Part shown: piece after piece, positions 39,521-50,370 of the stretch | How the letters are laid out: each line of letters opens with the position of its first letter | Numbering within the stretch: position 1 is the stretch's first letter | Source: Candidatus Cloacimonadales bacterium | GTDB taxonomy: Bacteria; Cloacimonadota; Cloacimonadia; Cloacimonadales; DAONDQ01 | Assembly (NCBI GenBank): GCA_963662275.1 | Contig: OY759316.1 | Span: 928,001 to 992,000, forward strand | DNA length: 64,000 nt | Direction of reading: 5' to 3' | The notes under the pieces: generated by a model | What the model was told of the DNA's origin: nothing | The model's database searches: none | The model's input: the letters and a program-made list of their open reading frames with translations, nothing else | Made by a program: the position numbers and the translations under genes

Positions 39521-41386
39521 ATGAAATACAGATTGAATTTTCTTGTTTTGCTGATCATCTGCATGACATCGATGGGATATGCTGAGAATGATCAACATCA
39601 ATGGAATATCACACATTATAAGCTGTTTCTAAACATTCAACAAACCTCCCAACACTTGGATATAAGAGCTTATCTAGCTCTTGAATTCAAAGGCAAAATA
39701 GATACCCTTAAAATCCAACTTGCAGAAGGATTTCGGGGTACTGCTGCCACGGACTTGCAGGTATTTGATGATGAAAATAATCCTTTGGCATTTACTTATG
39801 CTGATTCCATCATTTCTTTGCATCCTGTGAAACCATGGAAACAAATAGAGATTGATTATACACTGGAAAAAGATCCCAATAATCCTACAGGCAGATATAT
39901 GGAATTCGGTAGAGAATTCAGCGATTCACTGTTTCATATTAATCCCAGCCTCACAAGTACTGATAATTGGTATCCAAGACCCTATGGCAGATTAGCTGAT
40001 CGTTTACCCGGGTACGATTTGTACTTCGATTATCCTGCCAATTTTGAGTTAGTTGCTTCAGGACATATGGTCAATTCGAGTATCAATCAAGGACGTACAT
40101 GCAGTCATTGGGTAAATTATCCTGAAATTACGGATAGGAGTCTCTTTTTCTTTGCCCAGACCAACTGTAAAAGGGTGGTAAAGGAATACGATGATTTTAC
40201 TGTATATCTGTACGTTCCAACGGAAAGCCTCAATAAATCAATCGATTATGTCGCTGATTATACAAATAAATGCTATCATTATTATGAAAACAAATATGGA
40301 AAAGCTACAGGAAAAGAATTCAAAGTTTATGCCTTCCCATATGATTATGCTTCAGGACTGAACTTCTGCTGTGTGCCTATCTCATTTTTTACGAAAGAGA
40401 TAAAGGTGAGCGAAATCGGATATCCCATTCGCACGATGGGACATGAAATATCTCACACTTGGTGGGGAAACGTCATATCCATGATACCTCATGATGATTA
40501 TTGGCTGGCAGAAGGTTTTGCTAAATTCTCTGAAGTGGATGCTATTGATGATGTAATAGGATTACCATCAGAGAAATTCATATTTAGCAGGACACGTACA
40601 GTATCTCTTCCCTATATCGATTTTACTCATTCTATCCAACGAAGTGCTGAAGACCAGGATCCCTTGCTTCCCGTATCTGCTTATTACCAGGGAGCGTTGG
40701 TACTGAATTATATCAGATGGATCATCGGGGAAGATCAATTCAATAGCTTTCTTCATAACTATATTGAAACCTATCGCAATCAATGTATTTCTACCAAAGA
40801 AATGCTCTCCATCCTGGAGAAGCAAACAGATAAACAAACGGCATCTTTAGCCAGTGATTACGTCATGAATCCAGGATTTGCAGGCTATTTAGTGAAAGAA
40901 CCTACTTTCAACAAAAAGAAGAATCTGATAACTTGGGAAATCAGTAATCCCGGAGATAAACCGATTATATCAGATCTTTTTATCAAAACCGATTCTGATT
41001 CATTAAGGAAAAGACTCGATTTACCTAAAGGTGCAAAAACAAGTATATCCTTACATGGAGATATGAAGAAGTCCAAACCGATCTTTAAAATAGATGAGAT
41101 GGATACTTTTCCGATGAAAGAATACAACCTTAAAAGTGTAGGCAGTTTAGTGGCAGCTTGGCCTGATGGCAGTCAACGTTTCAATGCGATCACACCCGGT
41201 TCACCACCCCAAAAAGCAGGTATGAATAGTAACACTGCTGTCCTAAAAATTAATGGGGAAGATGTAACAACTAAAACAATAGAAGAATTAACACAGTTGT
41301 TTCTTCAACCAACGGGTACAAGAATGCATATATTAATTAAAGAATTGGATACAGGCAAGGAGAAAGAGGTTGTCATCAAGTATTAA
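39521..41386 (+). CDS. Secreted M1-family aminopeptidase with C-terminal PDZ-like domain
   Basis: HEISH-x18-E (HEISHTWWG...WLAEGFA), AYYQGALVL; ITPGSPPQKAGM...VLKINGE; AGGAG RBS before ATG 39521. Confidence 0.85.
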   Translation: MKYRLNFLVLLIICMTSMGYAENDQHQWNITHYKLFLNIQQTSQHLDIRAYLALEFKGKIDTLKIQLAEGFRGTAATDLQVFDDENNPLAFTYADSIISLHPVKPWKQIEIDYTLEKDPNNPTGRYMEFGREFSDSLFHINPSLTSTDNWYPRPYGRLADRLPGYDLYFDYPANFELVASGHMVNSSINQGRTCSHWVNYPEITDRSLFFFAQTNCKRVVKEYDDFTVYLYVPTESLNKSIDYVADYTNKCYHYYENKYGKATGKEFKVYAFPYDYASGLNFCCVPISFFTKEIKVSEIGYPIRTMGHEISHTWWGNVISMIPHDDYWLAEGFAKFSEVDAIDDVIGLPSEKFIFSRTRTVSLPYIDFTHSIQRSAEDQDPLLPVSAYYQGALVLNYIRWIIGEDQFNSFLHNYIETYRNQCISTKEMLSILEKQTDKQTASLASDYVMNPGFAGYLVKEPTFNKKKNLITWEISNPGDKPIISDLFIKTDSDSLRKRLDLPKGAKTSISLHGDMKKSKPIFKIDEMDTFPMKEYNLKSVGSLVAAWPDGSQRFNAITPGSPPQKAGMNSNTAVLKINGEDVTTKTIEELTQLFLQPTGTRMHILIKELDTGKEKEVVIKY

Positions 41387-41425
41387 AATTAAAGGTAAAC
41401 CAACTACAAAAATAAGGAGAAAATA

Positions 41426-42748
41426 ATGAAAGCCTACGTGGTTATTTTAATCGCTCTGATCTCATTTGTTGTTTTGGCAGCAGAAGTTACTATGCCCGTT
41501 TTAACGAAAGCAGAAAAAGCCCAAGTAATCGATTCATTATCAACTTCCATGAAAAATCTCTATGTATTCCCCGATATTGGAGAAAAAGTAGCAAAACTCC
41601 TGGAGGAAAACTCCAAAAACGGTGCCTATAACAGCATTACCGACCCTTTCCTGCTATCACAACAACTAACGACAGACTTGCGCTCAGTGAATGGTGATAA
41701 GCATTTAGCATTACAGTATGCCCCCGAGCAAATTGCTCAAAACAAAGGAGTCGCTGCGAACGACGAAACAGCCAAAAAGCAACAAGCTCTCGATTTAGCC
41801 AGGGATAATTATGGTTTCAAAGAAATTAAAATTCTTCCCGGAAATATCGGATATATCAAGTTCAATGAATTTGCAGGTAACCAGGAAGCTTTTAAAACTG
41901 CAATAGGTGCCATGGCATTTCTTGCTAATAGCGATGCCATCATTTTCGATTTGACAGAAAACGGGGGTGGTGATCCAGCCATGATTCAACTTATTACATC
42001 CTACCTTTATCCCGAAGGTGAGACACAACACCTGAATTCCTTTTTCCTGCGTGAAACCGGAGTTACTACTCAAGCTTGGACGTTGCCATTTGTACCGGGG
42101 AAGTGCAATCCGAATGCTGAAGTCTATGTGTTGACCAGTTCATTCACTTTTTCCGGAGCAGAAGAATTTGCTTATAATCTGAAGAACCTCAAGCGGGCAA
42201 CGATCATTGGAGAAATAACTGGAGGAGGTGCTCATCCTGTGAATTTTTATCCGATCAACGATATTTTTATAGCCAAAATCCCTTTTGGAAGAGCAGTGAA
42301 TCCCATCACCAAAACGAATTGGGAAGGTACCGGGGTTGAACCCAATGTAACGGTTCCTTCTAGCAAAGCCTTTGATACTGCATATAAGCTAGCTCTTGGA
42401 AAGCTGGTTACTAAAACGAAAGATGAAACATATAAAAGTAAAATCAGTTGGTTTTTAAAGATGAAGGAAATAGAAGACAACCCATCTAAGCCATCTACTT
42501 CTCAACAAAAAATGTTCACTGGAATCTATGGGCCAAGAGCCATTACCTTGGAAAAAGGCGAATTGTTTTACCAAAGACAACCCGCACCCAAGCTGAAGAT
42601 GATTCCTATAAGCGAGACAATATTCAAATTCAACGAAGTACCATATTTTATGTTAGAAGTAGTTGTGAAGGATGGAAAGGCAGTCAAACTCATCGGTCAT
42701 TACAACGATAACGATGGCAGGACAGACGAAAGTGAGATAACGAAGTAG
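41426..42748 (+). CDS. Secreted S41-family (IRBP-like) peptidase
   Basis: GNIGYIK, IFDLTENGGG, TFSGAEEFAY, IGEITGGGAHP, NWEGTGVEP; signal peptide. Confidence 0.9.
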   Translation: MKAYVVILIALISFVVLAAEVTMPVLTKAEKAQVIDSLSTSMKNLYVFPDIGEKVAKLLEENSKNGAYNSITDPFLLSQQLTTDLRSVNGDKHLALQYAPEQIAQNKGVAANDETAKKQQALDLARDNYGFKEIKILPGNIGYIKFNEFAGNQEAFKTAIGAMAFLANSDAIIFDLTENGGGDPAMIQLITSYLYPEGETQHLNSFFLRETGVTTQAWTLPFVPGKCNPNAEVYVLTSSFTFSGAEEFAYNLKNLKRATIIGEITGGGAHPVNFYPINDIFIAKIPFGRAVNPITKTNWEGTGVEPNVTVPSSKAFDTAYKLALGKLVTKTKDETYKSKISWFLKMKEIEDNPSKPSTSQQKMFTGIYGPRAITLEKGELFYQRQPAPKLKMIPISETIFKFNEVPYFMLEVVVKDGKAVKLIGHYNDNDGRTDESEITK

Positions 42749-42784
42749 TTTACAGAAACAGCCGGAATACTAAACTCCGATTTG

Positions 42785-43906
42785 TCAGTCCTTAGCTGGG
42801 CTAAGTTCTAAATATAACTTTTCTGTTTTTTGAACCATATCTGAAAAAGAAAAGCTCTTTTTATGCGTTTGAAAGGCATTTTCAGCTAAATTGTGACGGA
42901 TTGTTTCATTGTTTAAGAGATAGATGATAGCTTGTGCAAGCTGCGTTTTGTCAGCAATAGGGACAAGAAGACCTGTCCTGTTGTGTTCCACCAATTCGGG
43001 TATGGCATCTACATTCGAAGCAATCACGGGTACTTTCTGACTCATGGCATCCAGGATTGCCAAACCAAAGGATTCGGTAAGGGAAGGGAATACACAGATT
43101 TTCATAAGTTGAATATAAGGATATATATCCGACTGTAGTCCTAAGAAACGTACATTGTTTACTAAACCAAGAGATGAAACCAGATTTTTGATAGACTGCA
43201 TTAATTCACCTTCACCTAATAATAAAAGAATACAATTAGGGAATAGCTTCACGACTTCACTCATTGCGTGGATTAAATAAACATGACCTTTTTGCGTTTT
43301 AAAGGATCCAATCATTCCAATGACTGCAGCATTCTGAGGAATATTGAGTTGCTTCAATGTCTCTGAAGGAAGATTCCGTGTAGTATCGGGGGCTTGGATT
43401 GATAATGGGATGGTACGAATCTTATCAGTATTGCAGTAATGATATTTCATTAAAAACCTGGCTGTATATTCTGAATTTGCAATATACATTGTATTTCTCA
43501 GTGCGGTTATTCGATCAACAGCATGGAAGAAATTACGGATATATTCAGTAGAATGCTGCGTACTAACAATGATTTGCTTTGAAAATAGACATGCAATTCT
43601 GCTATAGATATTGGCTATGGGAAGTTGCGTATGGATGATATCCGGTTTGATACAGTGAATTGCTTTCATTAAGGAAAACAAAATCCTGAAATCATACCTG
43701 GAAGAATAATCAAAACTGGTAATATGAACGTTTTTTAGCTGAGAGAATCTATCATTGAGTTGGTCTCCTTCCAGAAAATTGACAATGTATACTTCGAATT
43801 TGTCCCGATTCAGTAACTCACACAGATGATACAAATAAATTTCAGCTCCCCCTGTGGCAAAAGCCTGTACGACCTGGAGGATTTTAATCTTTCGTAATGG
43901 GGTCAT
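42785..43906 (-). CDS. GT4-family glycosyltransferase
   Basis: GGAE, PDIIHTQ, QKGH, PSLTESFGLAILDAM, PVIASNV; start 43906 avoids a long overlap with the upstream gene. Confidence 0.9.
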   Translation of the reverse strand: MTPLRKIKILQVVQAFATGGAEIYLYHLCELLNRDKFEVYIVNFLEGDQLNDRFSQLKNVHITSFDYSSRYDFRILFSLMKAIHCIKPDIIHTQLPIANIYSRIACLFSKQIIVSTQHSTEYIRNFFHAVDRITALRNTMYIANSEYTARFLMKYHYCNTDKIRTIPLSIQAPDTTRNLPSETLKQLNIPQNAAVIGMIGSFKTQKGHVYLIHAMSEVVKLFPNCILLLLGEGELMQSIKNLVSSLGLVNNVRFLGLQSDIYPYIQLMKICVFPSLTESFGLAILDAMSQKVPVIASNVDAIPELVEHNRTGLLVPIADKTQLAQAIIYLLNNETIRHNLAENAFQTHKKSFSFSDMVQKTEKLYLELSPAKD

Positions 43907-43907
43907 T

Positions 43908-45002
43908 TCAAGATTTTCCCAGCAACGTCTTAGCAATTTGTTCTGCCCTGATTTCCCAAGTATTGGCTGCTTTACATAATCTAATATTCTGACGTATGAT
44001 TTCATAGTCTTCGTAATTCGGTAAGGATTGAATTAACCTCAATAAATCTGTGGAATCATTATTACATATGTAACCAACATGGTTTTCTTCTATGTAATTA
44101 CTAACGGCATTGTTACGATTAGAAATGATAGGTGTTTCATAAGAGATATACTCGTATAATTTATAGGGTACGCCAATTGAATTATATGTATTTTCATGAG
44201 CAAAATACAGCGAGTAACCAGCTAAGTCATATATTTTATTAAGCTCATTACTACGATAATGGACAATCTCGATATTAGGTGTTATTTTATGATGGTAGTT
44301 AGATTTACAATGCGACCATAATTTCTCGGGAAAACTGATAATTAGTTTTAGTTCCGGCATTTGAGAGAAGACATCAAAGAGAGCATCAATATTTCTAAGA
44401 GCAGAACTGATACCACTCACATGGGCAAATACTCTTCGATCTCTTTCTTTAGGACAATCGAATAAATCTGTACCTGGAGGAAGATCGACACATGGGATTG
44501 AAGAATGCAATCCTTTAACATATGGTGTCATCCTTGTACTGGGGAGGAATAAGGCATCTAGAAATTGGTTATACTTGTAGATATCATATTTATGAAAAGC
44601 AGTAGTAATCTGCTCTTTAAGAAAATTGAATTGACGATATTTACCAGGAAATGCCCAGAAAATATCTCGTAGAAACACACCAATAGGGATATTATTCTTC
44701 TTACAAAAGGAAAAAAAAGAGAAATCCAGGAAAGGATGTAACGGATAATGATGGGTTTCTGTTAAGATCGTCGGTAAAGTAGAGGATTCAGAATATAGGA
44801 AATCATACTTCTTCCCATTCTTAATATTACTCTTAATTTGTCTGATAGCGATTGCTCGTTGTTTCGCATGTCCCATCACAACATCCACTTGGTATCCGAT
44901 GTTCTGAAGAGCTTCAATCAGTCTTCTCGGTCTGATTTCTGATGGAACTAAGCATTCATTATTGACTGCCCACGGTGCATGAAAAATGCATGATTTTGAC
45001 AT
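43908..45002 (-). CDS. Glycosyltransferase (GT-B fold, GT4-like)
   Basis: YSESSTLP, RDIFW, VPYKLYEYISYETPII, TWEIRAEQI; lies between flippase and GT4 genes. Confidence 0.75.
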   Translation of the reverse strand: MSKSCIFHAPWAVNNECLVPSEIRPRRLIEALQNIGYQVDVVMGHAKQRAIAIRQIKSNIKNGKKYDFLYSESSTLPTILTETHHYPLHPFLDFSFFSFCKKNNIPIGVFLRDIFWAFPGKYRQFNFLKEQITTAFHKYDIYKYNQFLDALFLPSTRMTPYVKGLHSSIPCVDLPPGTDLFDCPKERDRRVFAHVSGISSALRNIDALFDVFSQMPELKLIISFPEKLWSHCKSNYHHKITPNIEIVHYRSNELNKIYDLAGYSLYFAHENTYNSIGVPYKLYEYISYETPIISNRNNAVSNYIEENHVGYICNNDSTDLLRLIQSLPNYEDYEIIRQNIRLCKAANTWEIRAEQIAKTLLGKS

Positions 45003-45177
45003 TGAAACAAGGCTCCTTATTGATTACTAAAAAAGGATGAATATTTGAAGTAAAAAAATTGTCGAGTCAAATATGTAAAGATTTCCACATTGATGATTAT
45101 GGGAAATCGGTCAAAGTGCGAATAGCAAGAGAATATTGAAACTGGTGGAATCTGTGCTTCTAAGATTTGCATATGGC

Positions 45178-46473
45178 TTAGATTTCTTTCGCTACTTTAG
45201 GAAGATGGCGCCAGATGATGTAATTATACAGAATGACTTGAATAATATCGATAATAACATAAAGATATAAGCCCAGGAACAAATTATTTTGAGTATGTCC
45301 AATATACAATGCCAGAGGGCGATATATAACCTGTGAGATACCAAAAAAGAAAGTCAATTTCTGCATATTGAGAGCTAAGGTCGCACTACTTGTGGGTGAA
45401 CTGATGAATATCCCAAATACCGATGGTGCCATGATTGCCGCAATTCTCCCGGCAGTTGCCCATTGATGTCCGAAAATAAAGGAAAAGATTACTTCTCCAA
45501 AAAGGAAAATTATCGTAATTGGTAGAAATCCAATCACTGCTAAACGTTTCCAGGTCTTTACAAGAAGTGGGCGTCCATCTCTTCCTTCGCGTATTAGTTC
45601 CGAGAAATTCTGATAAAAAACCTGTCCTACAGAACTGCCGATAATTGCCATTGGAAACATCATCATTTGCATGGCATATGAATAGGAGCCAACTGAATCT
45701 TCAGAAAAGAACCTTGATATCAGGATTATGGGAAGTTGCATAGAAAGCACATTGAGAAGTGAATTTGGCATTGTGAAAAAGGGGAAATGGCGATATTTGA
45801 AGGCACAGCTTTTTATCCTCAGCCAATTCGTCTTGATCTGGGATTTTGTCATCATTCTCAGGCAAGCGCTTCTTAAATACAGTATTGGGAAAACCAGGCT
45901 CAGGAATCCACCAGTAACTAAACCTCCGGGACCTGAAAATATAAGACGGTATCCGATATTGATGAATGATTTTGAAATAGAGGCAGAGATTCTGGAAATG
46001 GCAATTTTTTTATAAAACTGCCCTCTTGTTGCCCACGAGTTTGCGATATCATTTGCAGAATAGATAAATAAAGCGATGGGTAAAAACCATAGCCATTCTG
46101 CCAAATCAGGATTTTTCAACATGCCCGAGATTGGATATCGGAAAAAGGCAATAACTATGAAAGATAAAATACAGATTACAGTGAGAAGCCCCATTGATAA
46201 TAAAACGAGGGCATAGCTGTCTTTTTCTTTTTTTGGAAGCATAACAGAGTACTCATAACGACCTGTGGCAATTGCTTGTAATACTGTCTGAACTGAAGTG
46301 AAAAGGGCAAAAACTGCATAATCACGGGGGCTATATAACCTGCTGATAACGGGAATGAGTAAAATAGTCAGTGCTTGGGCGATTGTTGTACCCGAAGCTA
46401 ATATCAGGACTTTTCTGCTATTTGAAGTTTTATTATGTCTGATATGGTGTAAAAAACCTTGCAAACTACTCAT
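45178..46473 (-). CDS. Oligosaccharide flippase (Wzx-like)
   Basis: LASGTTIAQ...PVISRLYSP, TGRYEYSVMLPK, SVGQVFYQ, FIFGHQWATAG; multiple TM. Confidence 0.88.
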   Translation of the reverse strand: MSSLQGFLHHIRHNKTSNSRKVLILASGTTIAQALTILLIPVISRLYSPRDYAVFALFTSVQTVLQAIATGRYEYSVMLPKKEKDSYALVLLSMGLLTVICILSFIVIAFFRYPISGMLKNPDLAEWLWFLPIALFIYSANDIANSWATRGQFYKKIAISRISASISKSFINIGYRLIFSGPGGLVTGGFLSLVFPILYLRSACLRMMTKSQIKTNWLRIKSCAFKYRHFPFFTMPNSLLNVLSMQLPIILISRFFSEDSVGSYSYAMQMMMFPMAIIGSSVGQVFYQNFSELIREGRDGRPLLVKTWKRLAVIGFLPITIIFLFGEVIFSFIFGHQWATAGRIAAIMAPSVFGIFISSPTSSATLALNMQKLTFFFGISQVIYRPLALYIGHTQNNLFLGLYLYVIIDIIQVILYNYIIWRHLPKVAKEI

Positions 46474-46791
46474 TCAATGCTCATATCCATGTGTATTTGA
46501 TTTTCTCCCTTCTATTTTGATTGTCACTTTTTTATTGAACATTTAATTGATAGATAATTAGTTCGTCAATAAATATCGGGGCTAGTCACTAGCTTCTACC
46601 TCTTGTCTCTAGTTCCTAATCTCTTATTCCGACTCCCTTCTGCAAAATTTCCTTTGACATAAAAACAAAGAATTGTATTCTCAGTCTAATAATCGGAGTA
46701 AGAGACAAGTTCATTTAACTTATTAAAATGACCAATGAGAAAGTTTATATCCAGAAAACTATAAGTCGAAAGATTTGTATGGGAGTATGTC

Positions 46792-47532
46792 ATGAAGCTT
46801 GCAGAAGAAAGATTCAAATTGATTGATGCCGGAACCGTGCTTGATGTGGCTACAGGGAGAGGTGAGTTTGCTGCTGTGATAAAAAATGATTTTAAGAGTT
46901 ACGAACATCTTGTTGGTATTGACGTATCTGATCAGGCTGTGAAGCATGCTCAAACGTTGTTTCCCGAGAATAATATTGAAATCTTACGCATGAATGTTGA
47001 GCATATAGAATTTGCTAATGAGCATTTTGATACAGTTTGTATTTCAAATTCAATCCATCATCTGGAGCATAAAAAGAAAGCGTTTGATGAAATGATGCGC
47101 GTGCTGAAGAGTGGTGGCTTGTTTATTTCTACGGAAATGTACAGCGATGGGAAACAGTCAGAAGCACAGAAATCGCATATTCTTATGCATCACTGGTTTG
47201 CCGACGTTGATGAGTTATCGCTTACTTACCATGATCATACTTATCTGAAACAGGAAATCATTGAGATGTTAAGTAAACTGCCTCTATTACGCATAGAAAC
47301 AATAGATTATTATTATCCGACTGATAATCCAAAAGATCCGGTTCTCATAAATAATCTTGTGAAGAATTGTGAGGCAGTGATAAAAAAATTGGGCAAGCAG
47401 TCTAATACCGAAAGTCTCATAGCAGAGGGAGAAGTTCTCATAGAACGTCTAAAAACCATTGGTTTTGCGAGTGCATCCAGGATATTATTCATTGGAAAGA
47501 GAAAGAAACACAACAACAAGACCAAAGCTTGA
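46792..47532 (+). CDS. Class I SAM-dependent methyltransferase
   Basis: VLDVATGRG motif I, GIDVS, FDTV, HHL, RVLKSGG. Confidence 0.88.
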   Translation: MKLAEERFKLIDAGTVLDVATGRGEFAAVIKNDFKSYEHLVGIDVSDQAVKHAQTLFPENNIEILRMNVEHIEFANEHFDTVCISNSIHHLEHKKKAFDEMMRVLKSGGLFISTEMYSDGKQSEAQKSHILMHHWFADVDELSLTYHDHTYLKQEIIEMLSKLPLLRIETIDYYYPTDNPKDPVLINNLVKNCEAVIKKLGKQSNTESLIAEGEVLIERLKTIGFASASRILFIGKRKKHNNKTKA

Positions 47533-47550
47533 ACTTAACATATAACAAGT

Positions 47551-47740
47551 TTTCGCTAACGGTGATGAAAATGTCAATTTTTAAGTCCGAATTTCCTATT
47601 ACTTGAGAAGTCGTAGCAGATTCGATGGGAATTTGAACTCCAAACTCTTAAGTATTCAAAGATAATATTCAGGGTAATTGAACTCCAGAACCTCAGTTTT
47701 CATATAAAGTGCGAAGAACGAAGTTGCAGAGCAGAAGTAG
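47551..47740 (+). repeat. Partial copy of structured repeat plus GAAG heptamers and GCAGAGCAGA
   Basis: Leader TTTCGCTAACGGTGATGAAA; hairpin unit 47582-47641 nearly identical to 4439-4498; half unit and linker to ~47710. Confidence 0.8.
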
Positions 47741-47881
47741 GAGAAATCTAGTACCTGACACATTATTCTGAGGAATGGCTCACAAATTGCACTTAAATAT
47801 GAATTGCAAACTAGATAACGGAATGCCAAATATAATGACCATATCTGGTCCATATTGAGTACCAGTAATAAAGGAGAATTC

Positions 47882-49141
47882 ATGGCAACATTAGAAGATA
47901 TTTTTACGCTAAATGCCACACAACTGAACAAATTAGCCCGTCAGTATGATATCACCGGCTATACCACAATGCCAAGAAATGTATTGATTAATAAAATTCT
48001 AGAGACATCTGCTGCCCAGGAAGGTCTTTCCTTCGTTACGGGCTGCCTGGAAGTCATGGATGATGGATACGGTTTTCTACGCTTTTCAGAAAATAATTAT
48101 AACCCGGGGAGAGATGATGTATATGTTTCTCTCACTCAAATTCGCAGATTTAATCTCAAAAAGGGTCACATGGTTTCAGGTCCTGTACGCTCTCCCAAAG
48201 AAGGTGAAAAATATTATGCCCTGCTGCGTGTGGATGCTGTCAATGCCAACACACCCCAGAATGCAGTAGATTCAAAACAATTTGATGATCTGACTCCGTT
48301 TTATGCAACACAGCGTCTGAACCTCGAATTTGATCCTAAGAATTTCTCAACTCGTATCATGACTTTATTTACACCCATCGGAAAAGGTCAGCGAGGTTTG
48401 ATTGTCGCAGCTCCCCGTACCGGTAAAACAATTCTATTACAAGATATTGCCAATGCCATCCTAACTAATCATCCGGAAGTATATCTGATTGTCTTATTAG
48501 TGGATGAACGCCCGGAAGAAGTCACGGAAATGAAACGTATTCTGAAGCCGGGAAATCGGGAAGTAATTAGTTCGACTTTTGATGAGACCCCCAAGAATCA
48601 TATCAATGTAAGTGAAATGGCACTGGAAAAAGCGAAACGGATGGTGGAATTAGGGCAGGATGTTGTCATTGTTTTAGATAGTATAACTCGTCTTGCACGT
48701 GCCTATAACAACCAGGCACCTTCAAGTGGTAAGGTTCTTTCAGGTGGTATTGATTCTGCCGGTTTAACAAAACCTAAGAAATTCTATGGTTCCGCCCGTA
48801 ATACAGAAGAAGCTGGAAGCCTGACGATTATCGCGACTGCCCTTGTGGATACTGGCAGCAGAATGGATCAAGTCATCTTTGAAGAGTTTAAAGGTACCGG
48901 TAATATGGAATTAGTATTAGATCGTTCCATCAGTGATATGCGTGTTTTCCCTGCGATTGATCTTGTCAAATCCGGCACACGGCGTGAAGAATTATTACTT
49001 ACAACAACGGAGCTGAACCGCATCATAGTTTTACGTAAATTCTTGAAGACGATGAGCCCATTGCAAGGAATTGAAACGTTGCGAAAGAAAATGGAAGCAA
49101 CAGCAACAAACGAAGAATTTCTGCGTTCCTTGAGTAATTAA
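47882..49141 (+). CDS. rho: Transcription termination factor Rho
   Basis: DGYGFLR, PIGKGQRGLIVA.PRTGKT, DERPEEVT, LDSITRLARAYN, FEEFKGTGNME; AAGGAG RBS before ATG 47882. Confidence 0.97.
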   Translation: MATLEDIFTLNATQLNKLARQYDITGYTTMPRNVLINKILETSAAQEGLSFVTGCLEVMDDGYGFLRFSENNYNPGRDDVYVSLTQIRRFNLKKGHMVSGPVRSPKEGEKYYALLRVDAVNANTPQNAVDSKQFDDLTPFYATQRLNLEFDPKNFSTRIMTLFTPIGKGQRGLIVAAPRTGKTILLQDIANAILTNHPEVYLIVLLVDERPEEVTEMKRILKPGNREVISSTFDETPKNHINVSEMALEKAKRMVELGQDVVIVLDSITRLARAYNNQAPSSGKVLSGGIDSAGLTKPKKFYGSARNTEEAGSLTIIATALVDTGSRMDQVIFEEFKGTGNMELVLDRSISDMRVFPAIDLVKSGTRREELLLTTTELNRIIVLRKFLKTMSPLQGIETLRKKMEATATNEEFLRSLSN

Positions 49142-50370
49142 TGGAATTATTGGCTCCTGCCGGTAATCTTGAAAAACTAAAATATGCCATCGCTTATGGT
49201 GCCGATGCTATATATGCCGGGGGCAAGGAATATAGTTTAAGGGCAAAGGCTGATAATTTCTATCCAGCAGAACTTGAAACAGCGAAGCAGTTATGTCTTA
49301 CCATGGGAAAAAAACTCTATATCACAGCTAACATTTTTGCCCATGCCAAAGATATAGAAGAGTTTCCTGAATATCTACGCTTTCTGGATAAGCTCAAAGT
49401 GGATGGTATTATTGCCTCAGATCCGGGTATAATCTCTTTGATTCAAAAGCATACTACTCTTCCAATACATCTCAGTACACAGGCGAATGTAACTTCATCC
49501 GCAAGTGCAAAATTCTGGAAAAGTGTTGGTATCAAGAGAATTATCCTGGCAAGAGAACTCAGTCGAGATGAGATTTGTATTATTCGTGAAGAGAATCCGG
49601 ATATTGAATTGGAGATCTTTGTACATGGAGCTATGTGTATTTCATATTCAGGCAGATGTCTTCTAAGTGCATTTCTAAATCAACGACCAGCTAATAGAGG
49701 TCTTTGTACCCATCCATGCCGTTGGACGTATAGTTTAATGGAAGAAACAAGACCGGGTCAGTTCTTTCCAATTGAGGAAGATGAACATGGTACTTATATC
49801 TTAAATTCTAAAGATCTTTGTCTGCTTGATCAGCTTGCAGATATCAAAGAGATAGGAATTGATAGTGTCAAGATCGAAGGTAGGATGAAAAGCCTATATT
49901 ATGTGGCAAATGTGACTCGCGTATATCGAAAAGCAATAGATCTTATCGACAAAGGTTTACCAATACCGGAGTCAGTACGTATGGAACTTGAGAAACAAAG
50001 TCACAGGCCTTACACGGAAGGTTTTTATCCAGGGACAGGTACACAGGATACACAGACATATGGTAAGGATTCATATGAACGTGATTACCAATATATCGGC
50101 AAGATTATAGATAGAACCGATACAGATATTACGATTGATTGTGGAAGCAAGTTCATTGTCGGGGATGAATTAGAACTGATATTTCCCAAATTAGAAGACG
50201 ATTGTACCGTTAGTATTGAGAAATTTACAGATGAAAACGAAGAAATTGTAAAGATTTCAAAACCAAATCAGCAATTTCATATTCCCATAGATCACCTAGT
50301 ACCTGAAATGGGAATCGTAAGGTTGGCAAAGACGAACACAGAATTTGATAGGAAAACAGAATGCGAATAA
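49141..50370 (+). CDS. U32-family protein (TrhP/PrtC-like, probable tRNA hydroxylation)
   Basis: ELLAPAG, GADAIY, HLSTQAN, HGAMCISYSGRCLLS, NRGLCTHPCR, KIEGRMKS. Confidence 0.9.
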   Translation: MELLAPAGNLEKLKYAIAYGADAIYAGGKEYSLRAKADNFYPAELETAKQLCLTMGKKLYITANIFAHAKDIEEFPEYLRFLDKLKVDGIIASDPGIISLIQKHTTLPIHLSTQANVTSSASAKFWKSVGIKRIILARELSRDEICIIREENPDIELEIFVHGAMCISYSGRCLLSAFLNQRPANRGLCTHPCRWTYSLMEETRPGQFFPIEEDEHGTYILNSKDLCLLDQLADIKEIGIDSVKIEGRMKSLYYVANVTRVYRKAIDLIDKGLPIPESVRMELEKQSHRPYTEGFYPGTGTQDTQTYGKDSYERDYQYIGKIIDRTDTDITIDCGSKFIVGDELELIFPKLEDDCTVSIEKFTDENEEIVKISKPNQQFHIPIDHLVPEMGIVRLAKTNTEFDRKTECE